From positions 25,504,534 through 25,568,533 of the forward strand of contig CM120644.1 in NCBI GenBank assembly GCA_051362555.1: a stretch of 64,000 nt of DNA. Direction: 5' to 3'. The notes beneath the pieces are model-generated. The model was not told the DNA's origin. It saw nothing but the letters and a program-made list of their open reading frames with translations, and made no database searches. Below are positions 48,801-58,364 of this stretch, piece after piece. The stretch is from Lingula anatina (lineage: Eukaryota > Animalia > Brachiopoda). Made by a program: the position numbers and the translations under genes. Every line of letters starts with the position of its first letter. Position 1 is the stretch's first letter.

Positions 48801-51800
48801 GCTACTTGAAACTTGAGGATTTAAATTATTTGTATCAGATTCATGATTTCACCCAGCAATGAGGTCATTGTGTTCTATTTTCTACCACCCAGTCCAGTTT
48901 ACAGTTCCTCTACTCAAGATGTACATATCTGTGGACAAGGGAGAAAAAGGAATTCCTGATGTCCTCTGCCATATTAGTCTTAGTTTACAGACAGGCTTTG
49001 ATTTGGGTAAGTCAGTGGATGTCTCCTTCATTTGGGTAAGCTGGATAATACTTTCAAAGTATTCTGCTGAAGTATATTTGCAGACTTCCTTAAGACTTGC
49101 ATTATACTTGAAAAATAGCAAATAACTTTTATGATAGCTTGTGTAAACCTGGATAAAGAAGACCCCCAACTGTCACGTCTCCCTGATACAGAAAGTTGTT
49201 AGCAGACAGAATTTGATGTTGGTGGATTACATTGTCTTAAAAAAAAAACAAGATATGACAGTGTTGGGTCAATGTGGTATAAAAAATGAGTTAATGCATG
49301 CTGCTTTTAAAAAAGTTCAACACATTTTTTAAATTAGTTTCTGTATTTGATTATTTTTTTTCTCCAGACTGGCACCCTGGCCTGTCCTGTACTCCCCCTG
49401 GTGGGCAGTATGTCAGTCTTGCTGTTCTTTGCAGTGAACTACAGCACAGTGGTGACCAGCTGTAAACCTCCTGAAAACAGATGGAACCAGTCTAGACACA
49501 GTACTCTGTTTATAGGTCTACTTACTGTCACCTTAATGATACTACTGGTACCTGTGGCTGTTATCATTGGCAGGTTAGTATATATATATATACAGTCTAG
49601 ACACAGTACACTGTTCATAGGTCTACTTATACTGTCACCTTACTGATACTACTGGTACCTGTGGCTATTATCATTGGCAGGTTAGTATATATATATATAT
49701 ATACAGTCTAGACACAGTACACTGTTCATAGGTCTACTTATACTGTCACCTTACTGATACTACTGGTACCTGTGGCTGTTATCATTGGCAGGTTAGTATA
49801 TATATATATATATATATAGAAACCCCATATGGTAAGGATATAGTTGTCTTTGGGGAAGATTAACTCTATGAATAGCAAGCAAGTCCTTGTGTTTGAAGGT
49901 ATTAGAATGTAGTTTTGTGATTTTTTGGATAGGTTTATAATTGCTACATGTGTGTATTTGTTATTCCAGCAAAGACGTTGTGAACATTGGTCAGACTAAT
50001 GTGGCAGGGAGATCATGTGGACCATTTGGCCTCCACAGCCCCATAGGGACCTTAACCAGCCTTCAGTCCAGGCTCCCAGAGTGGCTGGCAGACATGTTCC
50101 ACTGGCTGTCATCAGCTACAGTCCTGTTGCCAGCAGGGTTTGTTCTTCTGTAAGTATCCATGTCATCAGCTACAGTCCTGTTGCCAGCAGGGTTTGTTCT
50201 TCTGTAAGTAACCATGTCATCAGCTACAGTCCTGTTGCCAGCAGGGTTTGTTCTTCTGTAAGTAACCATGTCATCAGCTACAGTCCCACTGCCAGCAGGG
50301 TTTGTTCTTCTGTAAGTAACCATGTCATCAGCTACAGTCCTACTGCCAGCAGGGTTTGTTCTTCTGTAAGTAACCATGTCATCACCTACAGTCCTACTGC
50401 CAGCAGGGTTTGTTCTTCTGTAAGTAACCATGTCATCAGCTACAGTCCTACTGCCAGCAGGCTTTGTTCTTCTGTAAGTAACCATGTCATCAGCTACAGT
50501 CCTACTGCCAGCAGGCTTTGTTCTTCTGTAAGTAACCATGTCATCAGCTACAGTCCTGTTGCCAGCAGGATTTGTTCTTCTGTAAGTAACCATGTCATCA
50601 GCTACAGTCCTACTGCCAGCAGGCTTTGTTCTTCTGTAAGTAACCATGTCATCAGCTACAGTCCTACTGCCAGCAGGCTTTGTTCTTCTGTAAGTAACCA
50701 TGTCATCAGCTACAGTCCTGTTGCCAGCAGGATTTGTTCTTCTGTAAGTAACCATGTCATCAGCTACAGTCCTACTGCCAGCAGGGTTTGTTCTTCTGTA
50801 TCCATGTCATTTGTCACCTTTACTGTTAGCAGGGTTTGTTCATTGCACAGTATTTAGGTATTTACTTTGTTGATATGTAAACCTTTAACTAATGAAAACT
50901 ATCAACATTTTTATCATTGTCAGTGCTATGATTTTCTACCAGTATATCATTGTAACCAGTTTAATGTGTATTAACAAGCAAGTTTTTATTGTCATTGTCA
51001 GTGCTTTGATCTTCTACCAGTATATCCTTGTGACCAGTTTAATGTGTATTAACAAGCAAGTTTTTATTGTCATTGTCAGTGCTATGATTTTCTACCAGTA
51101 TATCCGTGTGACCAGTTTAATGTGTATTAACAAGCAAGTTTTTATTCTCATTATCAGTGCTGTGAATTTCTACCAGTATATCCTTGTGATCAATTTAATG
51201 TGTATTAACAAGCAAGTTTTTATTCTCATTGTCAGTGCTGTGAACTTCTGCCAGTATATCTGTGTGACCAGTTTAATGTGTATTAACAAGCAAGTTTATA
51301 TGATTGTCAGTGCTGTGATCTTCTACCAGTATATCCTTGTGACCAGTTTAATGTGTATTAACAAGCAAGTTTTTATTCTCATTGTCAGTGCTGTGAACTT
51401 CTACCAGTATATCCTTGTGATCAGTTTAATGTGTATTAACAAGCATGTTTTTATTATTGTCAGTGCTGTGATCTTCTACCAGTATATCCGTGTGAAGGAA
51501 CAGAAGAAGAAAGTAGAGAAGGCTTACCAGGCTTTACATATGGTAAAATTGTGCCATTATTCCCACATTAAAGAATACTTCAATCAGTTTAATAATAAGT
51601 ATTAGGTACAACAAACCAATGTCAAACCAGACAAATAATTCCAATTGGCTCTTTTTTTTCTTTTTGCAGGTTATATTTGCAGCATTCATACTGCTACATT
51701 TAACACAAATTCAGACTTTTGATGCTCTAATTCAATGACTTTCCAATGGCTTTTTTTAAACATAAATCATGACAACTTATTGTCATTTATAGTTGCATCT

Positions 51801-52199
51801 GATAACTTTAAAGTGAATTATTTTAAAAAAATGTACATTTTATTTACTAATGTTGAATGAGGAACTACAGTGAAACATGATTTTTTTTATTTAAAATGAT
51901 GTAGAAAAAAGTTATAATCCCCTCCTGTGAACTAACGTTTTTTCATGTTCAAAACTAAAAACTTTGAAATAATTTTTGACAAACTACTTAGTGATCAAAT
52001 AAGTTCTTCTCAAGGACAAACATAAAATGTGAGCTTTTTCAAGGCTTTAAACAATTTAAATTTCTTTTTAAATACTTGATATAAGTTTTCAAGATTTTAT
52101 AAACCCTGATAACTTACATCTGCTTTCTTGTATTTCTAGGAGAGAGATGACAACAAAGAACTGGTGACCAAGCTACATCTGATGTCAGACCCAAGTTAA
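18815..52199 (+). CDS. TMC: Transmembrane channel-like (TMC family) protein, 20 coding exons, ~999 aa
   Basis: Exons 18815-19055, 19203-19772, 20055-20151, 20853-20991, 21325-21542, 38995-39082, 39429-39501, 40229-40401, 41146-41276, 43322-43469, 44827-44930, 45637-45721, 47582-47665, 47917-48048, 48527-48604, 48893-49006, 49368-49573, 49970-50149, 51464-51542, 52140-52199; total 3000 nt, open throughout. TMC motifs: IEGHFGSGLVSFFVFTRW, SWVFYGGY..YNLALAY, SWDHSI, ENY, CVGTLIGQELYKLVIVD, EF..AILVLVYRQALIW, CKPP, CGPF. Linking exons 1-5 rests on phase compatibility only; extra exons in intron 5 are possible. Confidence 0.88.
19237..19642 (+). repeat. In-frame coding 30-bp tandem repeat (LRQADDMTGR, ~13.5 copies) in TMC exon 2
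   Basis: Unit CTGCGCCAGGCAGATGACATGACAGGCAGA, near-identical copies. Confidence 0.92.
21094..21246. mobile_element. Small palindromic MITE-like element
   Basis: GGGGTTTCTCACAAAATTGC..GCGGCTTAGATGTCTG versus CAGACATCTAAACCGC..GCAATTTAGCGAGAATCCCAC (diverged inverted arms). Confidence 0.55.
21523..22118. repeat. 54-bp minisatellite (11 copies) duplicating the TMC exon 5 donor
   Basis: Unit GCCAGGACTGAGAACAGACA|GTGAGTATCACAAGACTACATACAACAACACACA. Confidence 0.93.
22481..22564. mobile_element. Truncated copy of the 7252-7465 MITE overlapping the GPCR-1 stop codon
   Basis: GGGCGCATTCCCATAGATTTTAGATCGATCTAT...GATAATCCGGCTTAAATGTC nearly identical to 7252-7335. Confidence 0.88.
22556..23695 (-). 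CDS. Rhodopsin-class (family A) GPCR, FMRFamide/peptide-receptor-like orphan; nested GPCR-1
   Basis: Seven hydrophobic segments; GICCNILAL, ALGDIL, TM3 Cys and STERLL, GGIPY, NHASNFFLYC. The ORF is open to 23755 (TTG); first ATG at 23695. Possible upstream 5' exon donor near 24141. Confidence 0.92.
   Translation of the reverse strand: MDGLDITNLDHSYNNTLEYTAQTIEGRNLGHSYNNSLESAAYTLRIIGRPLISVVGICCNILALAVFSRKPLRWAPSCMILKGVALGDILVLICGFFYWTNYDLDIPSMTANEGVCKFVTISAEYFGPELTSSLLILLSTERLLKADYSDAHVVYFSVKRTAIAILSLALFFFFLNIPVLTTQIFLEHQNGSVSICWNLFHSTDSVLSAADRQYYSVYRYIVLVLYGGIPYIGLPILNGWLLWKMRVRHKLVSIDVQVTGRIPDPLHPMDTEEEVMVEARRGEEHMKEMTRLVISITVCYWILTIGFNLIQAGIYDIHAAATPQEKAVNSMMFTLFVLMFYMNHASNFFLYCLNCKAYRQEFKAMIRDVLMARRQHQDI
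25136..26293 (-). CDS. Rhodopsin-class GPCR, paralog of GPCR-1; nested GPCR-2 (385 aa)
   Basis: 7TM; GIICNFLAI, AVADIF, GAERVL, GLLPY, NHASNFFLYC; N-glycosylation sequons in the N-terminus; acceptor TTTCAG just upstream of the ATG. Confidence 0.94.
   Translation of the reverse strand: MYFGNSSNVSCEVEWANQAITTAHILKRFPNNTLVHAAYDMRVVGRPLIYSIGIICNFLAIAVFSQRAFRRTSSCMILTAVAVADIFILTHGYFYWAEYDLLTPTLSHDEFTCKAVTFIEYFGPELSVFLLLLLGAERVLKAGHRDLHEKYFTPCRTAVAIVVLVMVLVLLNIPVLTAHIYLEDPCLGMVCWNILEHNGEEALNSTDKNYFLFYRYLVLTLYGLLPYVGLPLLNGWLYWITRKQYRSINEDNFERIPDPDHPHYEDEELLVHTQKLEHDKRELTRLVILVTASFCLLTMGYNIIQGHLYKIHNAKTEHKQAVNAMIYSVFVLLFYLNHASNFFLYCLSCKVYREELKDMIMRKTKKTKAILTNTLLHATNNDRRL
26695..26900 (-). repeat. 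Probable retroposon 3' end with AATAAA and (ATTGT)n tail; related copy at ~36585-36790
   Basis: (TACAA)n run followed by TTTTATTTCATGTCGGGTATAAATTGAA...ATTTACACATGAA.TCTAGTAAGAT at both sites. Confidence 0.55.
28871..31350. mobile_element. Non-autonomous EnSpm/CACTA(CMC)-like DNA transposon A
   Basis: TIRs CCCAGCTAGAA / TTCTAGCTGGG; 2-bp TSD TC; subterminal arrays of GGCAGTCCCCC and GCAGCCTCCTTTGCAGTC repeats at 28880-29405 and 30898-31310. Confidence 0.8.
32682..35800. mobile_element. Non-autonomous EnSpm/CACTA(CMC)-like DNA transposon B
   Basis: TIRs CCCAGATAGCAAGCATACGTTGGGCCAACG / CGTTGGCCCAACGTATGCTTGCTATCTGGG; 2-bp TSD TT; subterminal CGTTGGGCCAA repeats at both ends. Confidence 0.85.
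37518..38649 (-). pseudogene. Rhodopsin-class GPCR paralog (nested GPCR-3) with one frameshift near 38345: pseudogene, null allele or assembly error
   Basis: TM1-2 in ORF 38260-38649 (VGRPTIFSLGIIFNILAL, AMADIL), TM3-7 in ORF 37518-38396 (YFAPEFS, SIERVL, NHASNFFLYC). Adding one CA to CTCACACAGT restores PLLTHSVFLC, colinear with PTLSHDEFTC of GPCR-2. Confidence 0.85.
39068..39250. repeat. Degenerate 24-bp repeat duplicating the TMC exon 6 donor
   Basis: Repeated CATGACYTSAAG|GTGGGTGAGAGA. Confidence 0.75.
39680..39995. repeat. ~17-bp tandem repeat (CCACTCCMCTGTGTGAC) in TMC intron 7
   Basis: Directly visible; source of several spurious ORFs. Confidence 0.85.
40451..41250. repeat. 114-bp (6 copies) plus shorter repeats duplicating the acceptor and most of TMC exon 9
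   Basis: Acceptor TTATAG ends at 40575, 40689, 40803, 40917, 41031, 41145; only the last copy continues into unique exon sequence. Confidence 0.93.
41405..42335 (-). mobile_element. 5'-truncated RTE-clade non-LTR retrotransposon (RT C-terminal region)
   Basis: ORF 41567-42292 with LNHLRFADD, GLKMNTSKTKVM, YIYLGQ, VLPAITYGSETW, KWRWAGHV, RKRGRP; (GAT)n 3' tail at 41405-41423. Confidence 0.92.
42335..43370. repeat. 81/78-bp minisatellite (13 copies) duplicating the TMC exon 10 acceptor
   Basis: ATACTGTATATATTTCAG|ACTGGCCCATGCTGTAGAACAAGAGAG repeated; open in the TMC frame. Confidence 0.93.
43457..44526. repeat. 36-bp minisatellite (~30 copies) duplicating the TMC exon 10 donor
   Basis: CTCTATCAGG|GTAAGWCAGGTCTGGGGTGGTCTATA repeated. 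Confidence 0.93.
44915..45530. repeat. ~52-bp minisatellite derived from the TMC exon 11 donor
   Basis: Repeated TTGGCTGGTTACT-(CTGTGAGT/GTTTGAGT)-ATATCATACTGTATATCCTG; the GT is mutated in most distal copies. Confidence 0.88.
45745..47610. repeat. 65-bp minisatellite (~28 copies) duplicating the TMC exon 13 acceptor; fills almost all of intron 12
   Basis: TTAGTTTATATTTACCCAG|ACTGTCCACAGTGTTGTGATAACATATG repeated. Confidence 0.93.
48309..48517. repeat. 20-bp repeat (~10 copies) containing a CTAAC branch-point-like motif, immediately upstream of TMC exon 15
   Basis: Unit TCAACTAACACACTGCTGTC ending just before TTCATTCCAG|. Confidence 0.85.
49487..49818. repeat. ~107-111-bp repeat (3 copies) duplicating the 3' end and donor of TMC exon 17
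   Basis: ATCATTGGCAG|GTTAGTATATA with GT at 49574, 49681 and 49792. Confidence 0.9.
50107..50802. repeat. 54-bp minisatellite (13 copies) duplicating the TMC exon 18 donor
   Basis: GTCATCAGCTACAGTCCT..TGCCAGCAGGGTTTGTTCTTCT|GTAAGTAACCAT repeated. Confidence 0.93.
50905..51495. repeat. 78/75-bp minisatellite (8 copies) duplicating the TMC exon 19 acceptor
   Basis: TTTTATT..CATTGTCAG|TGCTGTGATCTTCTACCAGTATATCC repeated; open in the TMC frame. Confidence 0.92.
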
Positions 52200-52208
52200 C
52201 CGTAGACC

Positions 52209-54205
52209 CTGGTTGTTGACAGATGTCTTACTGACGGCAGACACTGGTTGTTGACAGGTGTCTTACTGACGGCACACACTGGTTGTTGACAGGTGTCTTA
52301 CTAACGGCACACACTGGTTGTTGACAGGTGTCTTACTGACGGCACACACTGGTTGTTGACAGATGTCTGACTGACGGCACACACTGGTTGTTGACAGATG
52401 TCTGACTGACGGCACACACTGGTTGTTGACAGGTGTCTTACTGACGGCACACACTGGTTGTTGACAGGTGTCTTACTGATGGCAGACACTGGTTGTTGAC
52501 AGGTCTCTTACTGACGGCAGACACTGGTTGTTGACAGGTGTCTTACTGACGGCACACACTGGTTGTTAACAGATGTCTTACTGATGGCAGACATTGGTTG
52601 TTGACAGATGTCTTACTGACGGCACACACTGGTTGTTGACAGGTGTCTTACTGACGGCACACACTGTTTGTTTACAGATGTCTTACTGACGTCACACACT
52701 GGTTGTTGACAGGTGTCTTACTGACGGCACACACTGGTTGTTGACAGGTGTCTTACTGACGGCACACACTGGTTGTTGGTAGGTGTCTTACTGACGGCAC
52801 ACACTGGTTGTTAACAGATGTCTTACTGATGGCAGACATTGGTTGTTGACAGATGTCTTACTGACGGCACACACTGGTTGTTGACAGGTGTCTTACTGAC
52901 GGCACACACTGTTTGTTTACAGATGTCTTACTGACGTCACACACTGGTTGTTGACAGGTGTCTTACTGACGGCACACACTGGTTGTTGACAGGTGTCTTA
53001 CTGACGGCACACACTGGTTGTTGGTAGGTGTCTTACTGACGGCACACACTGGTTGTTGGTAAGGTGTCTTACTGACCGCACACACTGGTTGCTGACAGAT
53101 CACTGACGGCACACACTGGTTGTTGACAGATCACTTACTGACGGCACACACTGGTTGTTGAAAGATGTCTTACTGACGGCACACACTGGTTGTTGACAGG
53201 TGTCTTACTGACGGCAGACACTGGTTGTTGACAGGTGTCTTACTGACGGCACACACTGGTTGTTGACAGGTGTCTTACTGACGGCAGACACTGGTTGTTG
53301 ACAGGTGTCTTACTGATGGCAGACACTGGTTGTTGACAGGTGTCTTACTGACGGCAGACACTGGTTGTTGACAGGTGTCTTACTGACGGCACACACTGGT
53401 TGTTGACAGGTGTCTTACTGACGGCACACACTGGTTGTTGACAGGTGTCTTACTGACGGCACACACTGGTTGTTTACAGGTGTCTTACTGACGGCACACA
53501 CTGTTTGTTTACAGATGTCTTACTGACGTCACACACTGGTTGTTGACAGGTGTCTTACTGACGGCACACACTGGTTGTTGACAGGTGTCTTACTGACGGC
53601 ACACACTGGTTGTTTACAGGTGTCTTACTGACGGCACACACTGTTTGTTTACAGATGTCTTACTGACGGCACACACTGGTTGTGGACAAGTGTCTTACTG
53701 ACGGCACTGGTTGTTGAGAGATGTCTTACTGATGGCACACACTGGTTGTTGACAGGTGTCTTACTGACGGCACACTGGTTGTCGACAGGTGTCTTACTGA
53801 TGGCAGACACTGGTTGTTGAGAGATGTCTTACTGACAGCAGACACTGGTTGTTGACAGGTGTCTTACTGACGGCAGACACTGGTTGTTGACAGGTGTCTT
53901 ACTGACGGCAGACACTGGTTGTTGACAGGTGTCTTACTGACGGCACACACTGGTTGTTGACAGGTGTCTTACTGACGGCACACACTGGTTGTTGACAGGT
54001 GTCTTACTGACGGCAGACACTGGTTGTGGACAGGTGTCTTACTGACGGCACACACTGGTTGTTGACAGATCACTTACTGACGGCACACACTGGTTGTTGA
54101 AAGATGTCTTACTGACGGCACACACTGGTTGTGGACGGGTGTCTTACTGACGGCACACACTGGTTGTTGACAGATGTCTTACTGACGGCACACACTGGTT
54201 GACAG
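52209..54205. repeat. 35-bp minisatellite (~57 copies, 2 kb) in the probable TMC 3' UTR
   Basis: Unit CTGGTTGTTGACAGGTGTCTTACTGACGGCACACA, starting ~10 nt after the stop codon. Confidence 0.93.
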
Positions 54206-54437
54206 ACCTTCAAAAACATCAACTGATAAGGAAATCATGGCATTATGGGACACTGTGCTTGGAGACATCATGGGATTTACAAAACATGGGGGATACAAAT
54301 CATGAAAATTGCGAACTATTTTATGACAATTAAAAAAGGACTGATGTGGTAGAAGTTTAGGATCAAATAGTTCGCCAACACATGACAGTGTTCAGTACAA
54401 TGTAGTCAAATGCAAGACTTCTTTTAAGTGCTTCCAC

Positions 54438-54793
54438 TGTGTTACTTTGGGCTGCCTCCTGTGATCATGCAGTGTGTTACTTTGGGCTACCTCCTGTGAT
54501 CATGCAGTGTGTTACTTTGGGCTACCTCCTGTGATCATGCAGTGTGTTACTTTGGACTACCTCCTGTGATCATGCAGTGTGTTACTTTGGACTACCTCCT
54601 GTGATCATGCAGTGTGTTACTTTGGACTACCTCCTGTGATCATGCAGTGTGTTACTTTGGACTACCTCCTGTGATCATGCAGTGTGTTACTTTGGACTAC
54701 CTCCTGTGATCATGCAGTGTGTTACTTTGGACTACCTCCTGTGATCATGCAGTGTGTTACTTTGGACTACCTCCTGTGATCATGCAGTGTGTT
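54438..54793. repeat. 35-bp tandem repeat, ~10 copies
   Basis: Unit GTGTTACTTTGGACTACCTCCTGTGATCATGCAGT; AATAAA follows at ~54845 (candidate TMC polyA signal). Confidence 0.9.
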
Positions 54794-54924
54794 GGTGGAA
54801 AGTTAAATGTGAAGAAAACATAAAAAAATGTTCAATTTATTGAAAATAAACAGAGCAACTGTTGGAACATGTTGGGCTGTTGCACAAATTAAGTTAAGAA
54901 TGTTTTCTTTTTCTTTTTAATTAA

Positions 54925-55544
54925 AGTCATAATAACTCTTCGTTTTGGCCAAAAATACGATTTTCCTGGAAAAAACGGCAATTTTCCCGTACTTACCAAT
55001 GGTCAACGACCCCATTCCTGCATTTTGAAGTTAATCCAGGTTTTTTTTTCCTAAACATACGTTTTTTTTGTTAAAATCTCTAAAATCTCTTAAGAGATTT
55101 TAACTGACAGAGCCCTCTCGTATCAAGCGATAGTTTCTGGTGACCTACTTAAAACCGCGGGAAAAGCAAACAACAACAACACTATATAACAATATTATAA
55201 GATTCATAAGATATGTTCGTCTTTTTGCTCAAAATGCATTTATATCTACAATGTGTGCAATTCTGGGTTTTTCGTTATCCGACGCACTGTACAAAAACTC
55301 ACAACTTACGTCTGAGGGTTTCCCGCCATGTTATTTTGGTCTCGAATGGACGCGAGAATCCACGTGACACCTAAACGGATGCACTTGTCGACTGCGAAGA
55401 AAGGCATCGAAAGCCCTAGTGACAAGCACAGATTTTAGTTTTACTACAATAACAGTCGTTTAAGCGGGAAAATGCAATAGAATATATTTCCAGGCGTTGT
55501 TTACAATGTATTTCTTACGGAATGAAGGATGAGTTATTATTGCT
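54925..55544. mobile_element. Kolobok-like non-autonomous DNA transposon (620 bp)
   Basis: TTAA on both sides (54921-54924, 55545-55548); TIRs AGTCATAATAACTC / GAGTTATTATTGCT (12/14 match); purine-purine start typical of Kolobok. Confidence 0.7.
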
Positions 55545-55874
55545 TTAACAGCAGGAAAACTGTATATATTAAGACATTTATATAAAATAATTTACATGAG
55601 GAGTGTTACAATAATGACATTTAAAAAAGAACAAGTCTTGTAAATGTCTGGACACAATGCTCAGGATGCTTGTGATCATTTCATCTAGAAATCAAAAAAC
55701 CAATACTTTTCATAATAACATATTTTCCCTTAGGTGACATTAAATCAGTACCAAATTCTGCTTTGTATAAGTGGTGTATTTTTAACAAAATGTTGTCCAG
55801 TCCAAGTTGCTACCTCAGTTTATCTATATAAATGGTGTATAATTTAACAAAATTATGTCATCCACTGCCGGCTG

Positions 55875-58138
55875 CTACCTCAGTTTATCTATATAAATGT
55901 TGTAAATTTTCACAAAATGATCACTTCCTCCACTGGCCAGCTGTAAAATGTTGTCCTTGACGTCTGATTCATGTGCCAGACCTGGACGTCCTCTGAACTG
56001 GAGTTTTTTCACTGTCAGGTGATGGGCAATACTGGGCATGGGTCAAGGAGAAAGATACTGAAACTAAATAAATCACCTTTACTGCACTGATCTCAACAGA
56101 AAGCACGAAGTAAGCCTTTCATCAGTAGAATATTGTGATAAATTTGATTCTTTATTTATTCATGAAGTGTGGTAGCAAATTTTTAATTGATATACAGATA
56201 ACCTAATGGTCTTTAAGATTTTTATTTGCACAGACCAATTGAACAAAGCATATTAAAGTTACCCAATTTGGTTCAACTTGGAAATTAATGAGAAACTACT
56301 TTATTTTAACATCAATTATTGTGTGCCAGTGATTTATTTCAACTTGACACCATATTCTTCCAAAACCCTGAACTGCAGACAAATTATATCATCCTCAACA
56401 ATCACACAATCATCTCAACTATCACAATCAAGACCAGCTTTGGTCTACTAAAGGATACTCATTTCCCAGGACAGCAGCAGGCGTCCAGCAGGAATCCTGA
56501 TCACCTGGCTGCCACTTGTACAAGTGAATAGAACCAGTCTCCAAACCACACGCTAGGAGGTATCTGAAATATCCATGGCACCATGGGTAATGGGAAAATA
56601 ACTTCATTTTGGTCAAAAATAGATTTTCCTGGAGAAAATGACAATTTTGGTTTTCCAGAAAAAAATTGTGTAAATCATCATTTTGGTGTTAAAATAAAAT
56701 TTATTATGTCCCTGTGAGTTGTTTACAATGTGTTTATTGTAAAATATGGCTCTCAAACATGAATCATGAATCTGTAATATTGTATGTTTCAGACAGAGAG
56801 TCCTAATTAAACTAATAAATCTAAGAAGAGAGCATTTTTGTATCAGACTTGTGATTTACTCTCTTGAAAGATAAACAAAGAAGTTTTTTCAAGACATCAT
56901 CATTTGAAAACTGCTCCAAGGCTTTATAACAGGCAGCTTGTATGACCATGCTAAATGACTTGGAGGCATTTGTCAAATACCATTCCAAATAAACTTATTA
57001 TATGCATGTACTGTTGTTGTCAAATATAATCTTTAATGTAGAGAGGCACACGTACTGGTTTTCTGACACCAAAATAGGAGCAAAGGCCACAGCTGTCACA
57101 GGTTCTGCTAGTTCCAGGGGTGGTGACAAGGCTCCATATCCATCTCCTGTTCTACCCCACACTATTACCTAAAACATAGAACACATCATTAATAATATCC
57201 ATCTCCTGTTCTACCTCACACTATTACCTAAAACATAGAACACATCATTAATAATATCCATCTCCTGTTCTACCCCACACTATTACCTAAAACATAGAAC
57301 ACATCATTAATAATATCCATCTCCTGTTCTACCTCACACTATTACCTAAAACATAGAACACATCATTAACAATATCCATCTCCTGTTCTACCCCACACTA
57401 TTACCTAAAACATAGAACACATCATTAACAATATCCATCTCCTGTTCTACCTCACACTATTACCTAAAACATAGAACACATCATTAATAATATCCATCTC
57501 CTGTTCTACCTCACACTATTACCTAAAACATAGAACACATCATTAACAATATCCATCTCCTGTTCTACCTCACACTATTACCTAAAACATAGAACACATC
57601 ATTAACAATATCCATCTCCTGTTCTACCCCACACTATTACCTAAAACATAGAACACATCATTAATAATATCCATCTCCTGTTCTACCCCACACTATTACC
57701 TAAAACATAGAACACATCATTAACAATATCCATCTCCTGTTCTACCCCACACTATTACCTAAAACATAGAACACATCATTAACAATATCCATCTCCTGTT
57801 CTACCTCACACTATTACCTAAAACATAGAACACATCATTAACAATATCCATCTCCTGTTCTACCCACACTATCCCCTAAAACCTGAACATTGAAATCCCG
57901 ACTTGTTGCTAAGGTATCATTACCTTGATACTGCTGGTTAAAGATTAAGCAGAGGGCTTCGTTTTATGCAATTTAATTTACAGAATTGATCAATGAAAGA
58001 GACATAAAGCTAGCACCTTCTTATCCCTGGATGACGTGGCGAAAAACTCATCATCATGTGACCAACCACATGACCAGATGATGCGGGTGTGGATGCTAGT
58101 TTTCTTGTTGGTTGCTGCCACCTGGTGGAATGCAGGAT
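55875..58138 (-). CDS. ELP2: Elongator complex protein 2 (WD40), last four coding exons; the gene continues beyond the window end
   Basis: Exons 58138-58017 ([25 protein letters not shown]), 57168-57056 ([13 protein letters not shown]), 56563-56459 ([15 protein letters not shown]), 56031-55875 ([26 protein letters not shown]..stop); phases consistent. The preceding exon end FLLTVSRDRTWSVY occurs as repeat copies at 58573-58815 and 63262-63672. Confidence 0.92.
56032..56458 (-). other. U12-type (minor spliceosome) GT-AG intron, last intron of ELP2
   Basis: 5' splice site GA|GTATCCTTT; branch site TTCTCCTTGAC ~10 nt upstream of CCCAG|; no polypyrimidine tract. Confidence 0.88.
57135..57885. 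repeat. 59-bp minisatellite (~13 copies) duplicating an ELP2 acceptor and exon start
   Basis: Minus strand CTATGTTTTAG|GTAATAGTGTGRGGTAGAACAGGAGATGGATAT repeated. Confidence 0.92.
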
Positions 58139-58364
58139 CTGACAGAAAGCAGATTGAGTTAATAGAATAGATATAGATCAAATATTTATATGTTACAGCT
58201 GTTTTTTTCCTTACTCTGCATATCTGGCACATCAACGATTCAAAGACATTTTAACACAATAATTTAAATGCATCCAAAAAGGAAAAGTAACTTTTTTTCA
58301 AACATAACTGGCCTTATCTTTTAACTGTCTTTAATTTTAAATTCATTTCTGTTGGCGCTGTTAA

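Noticed and set aside
50015-51605. ORFs of 280, 230 and 237 aa
   Set aside because: Products of 54-bp and 78-bp splice-site arrays, not independent genes.
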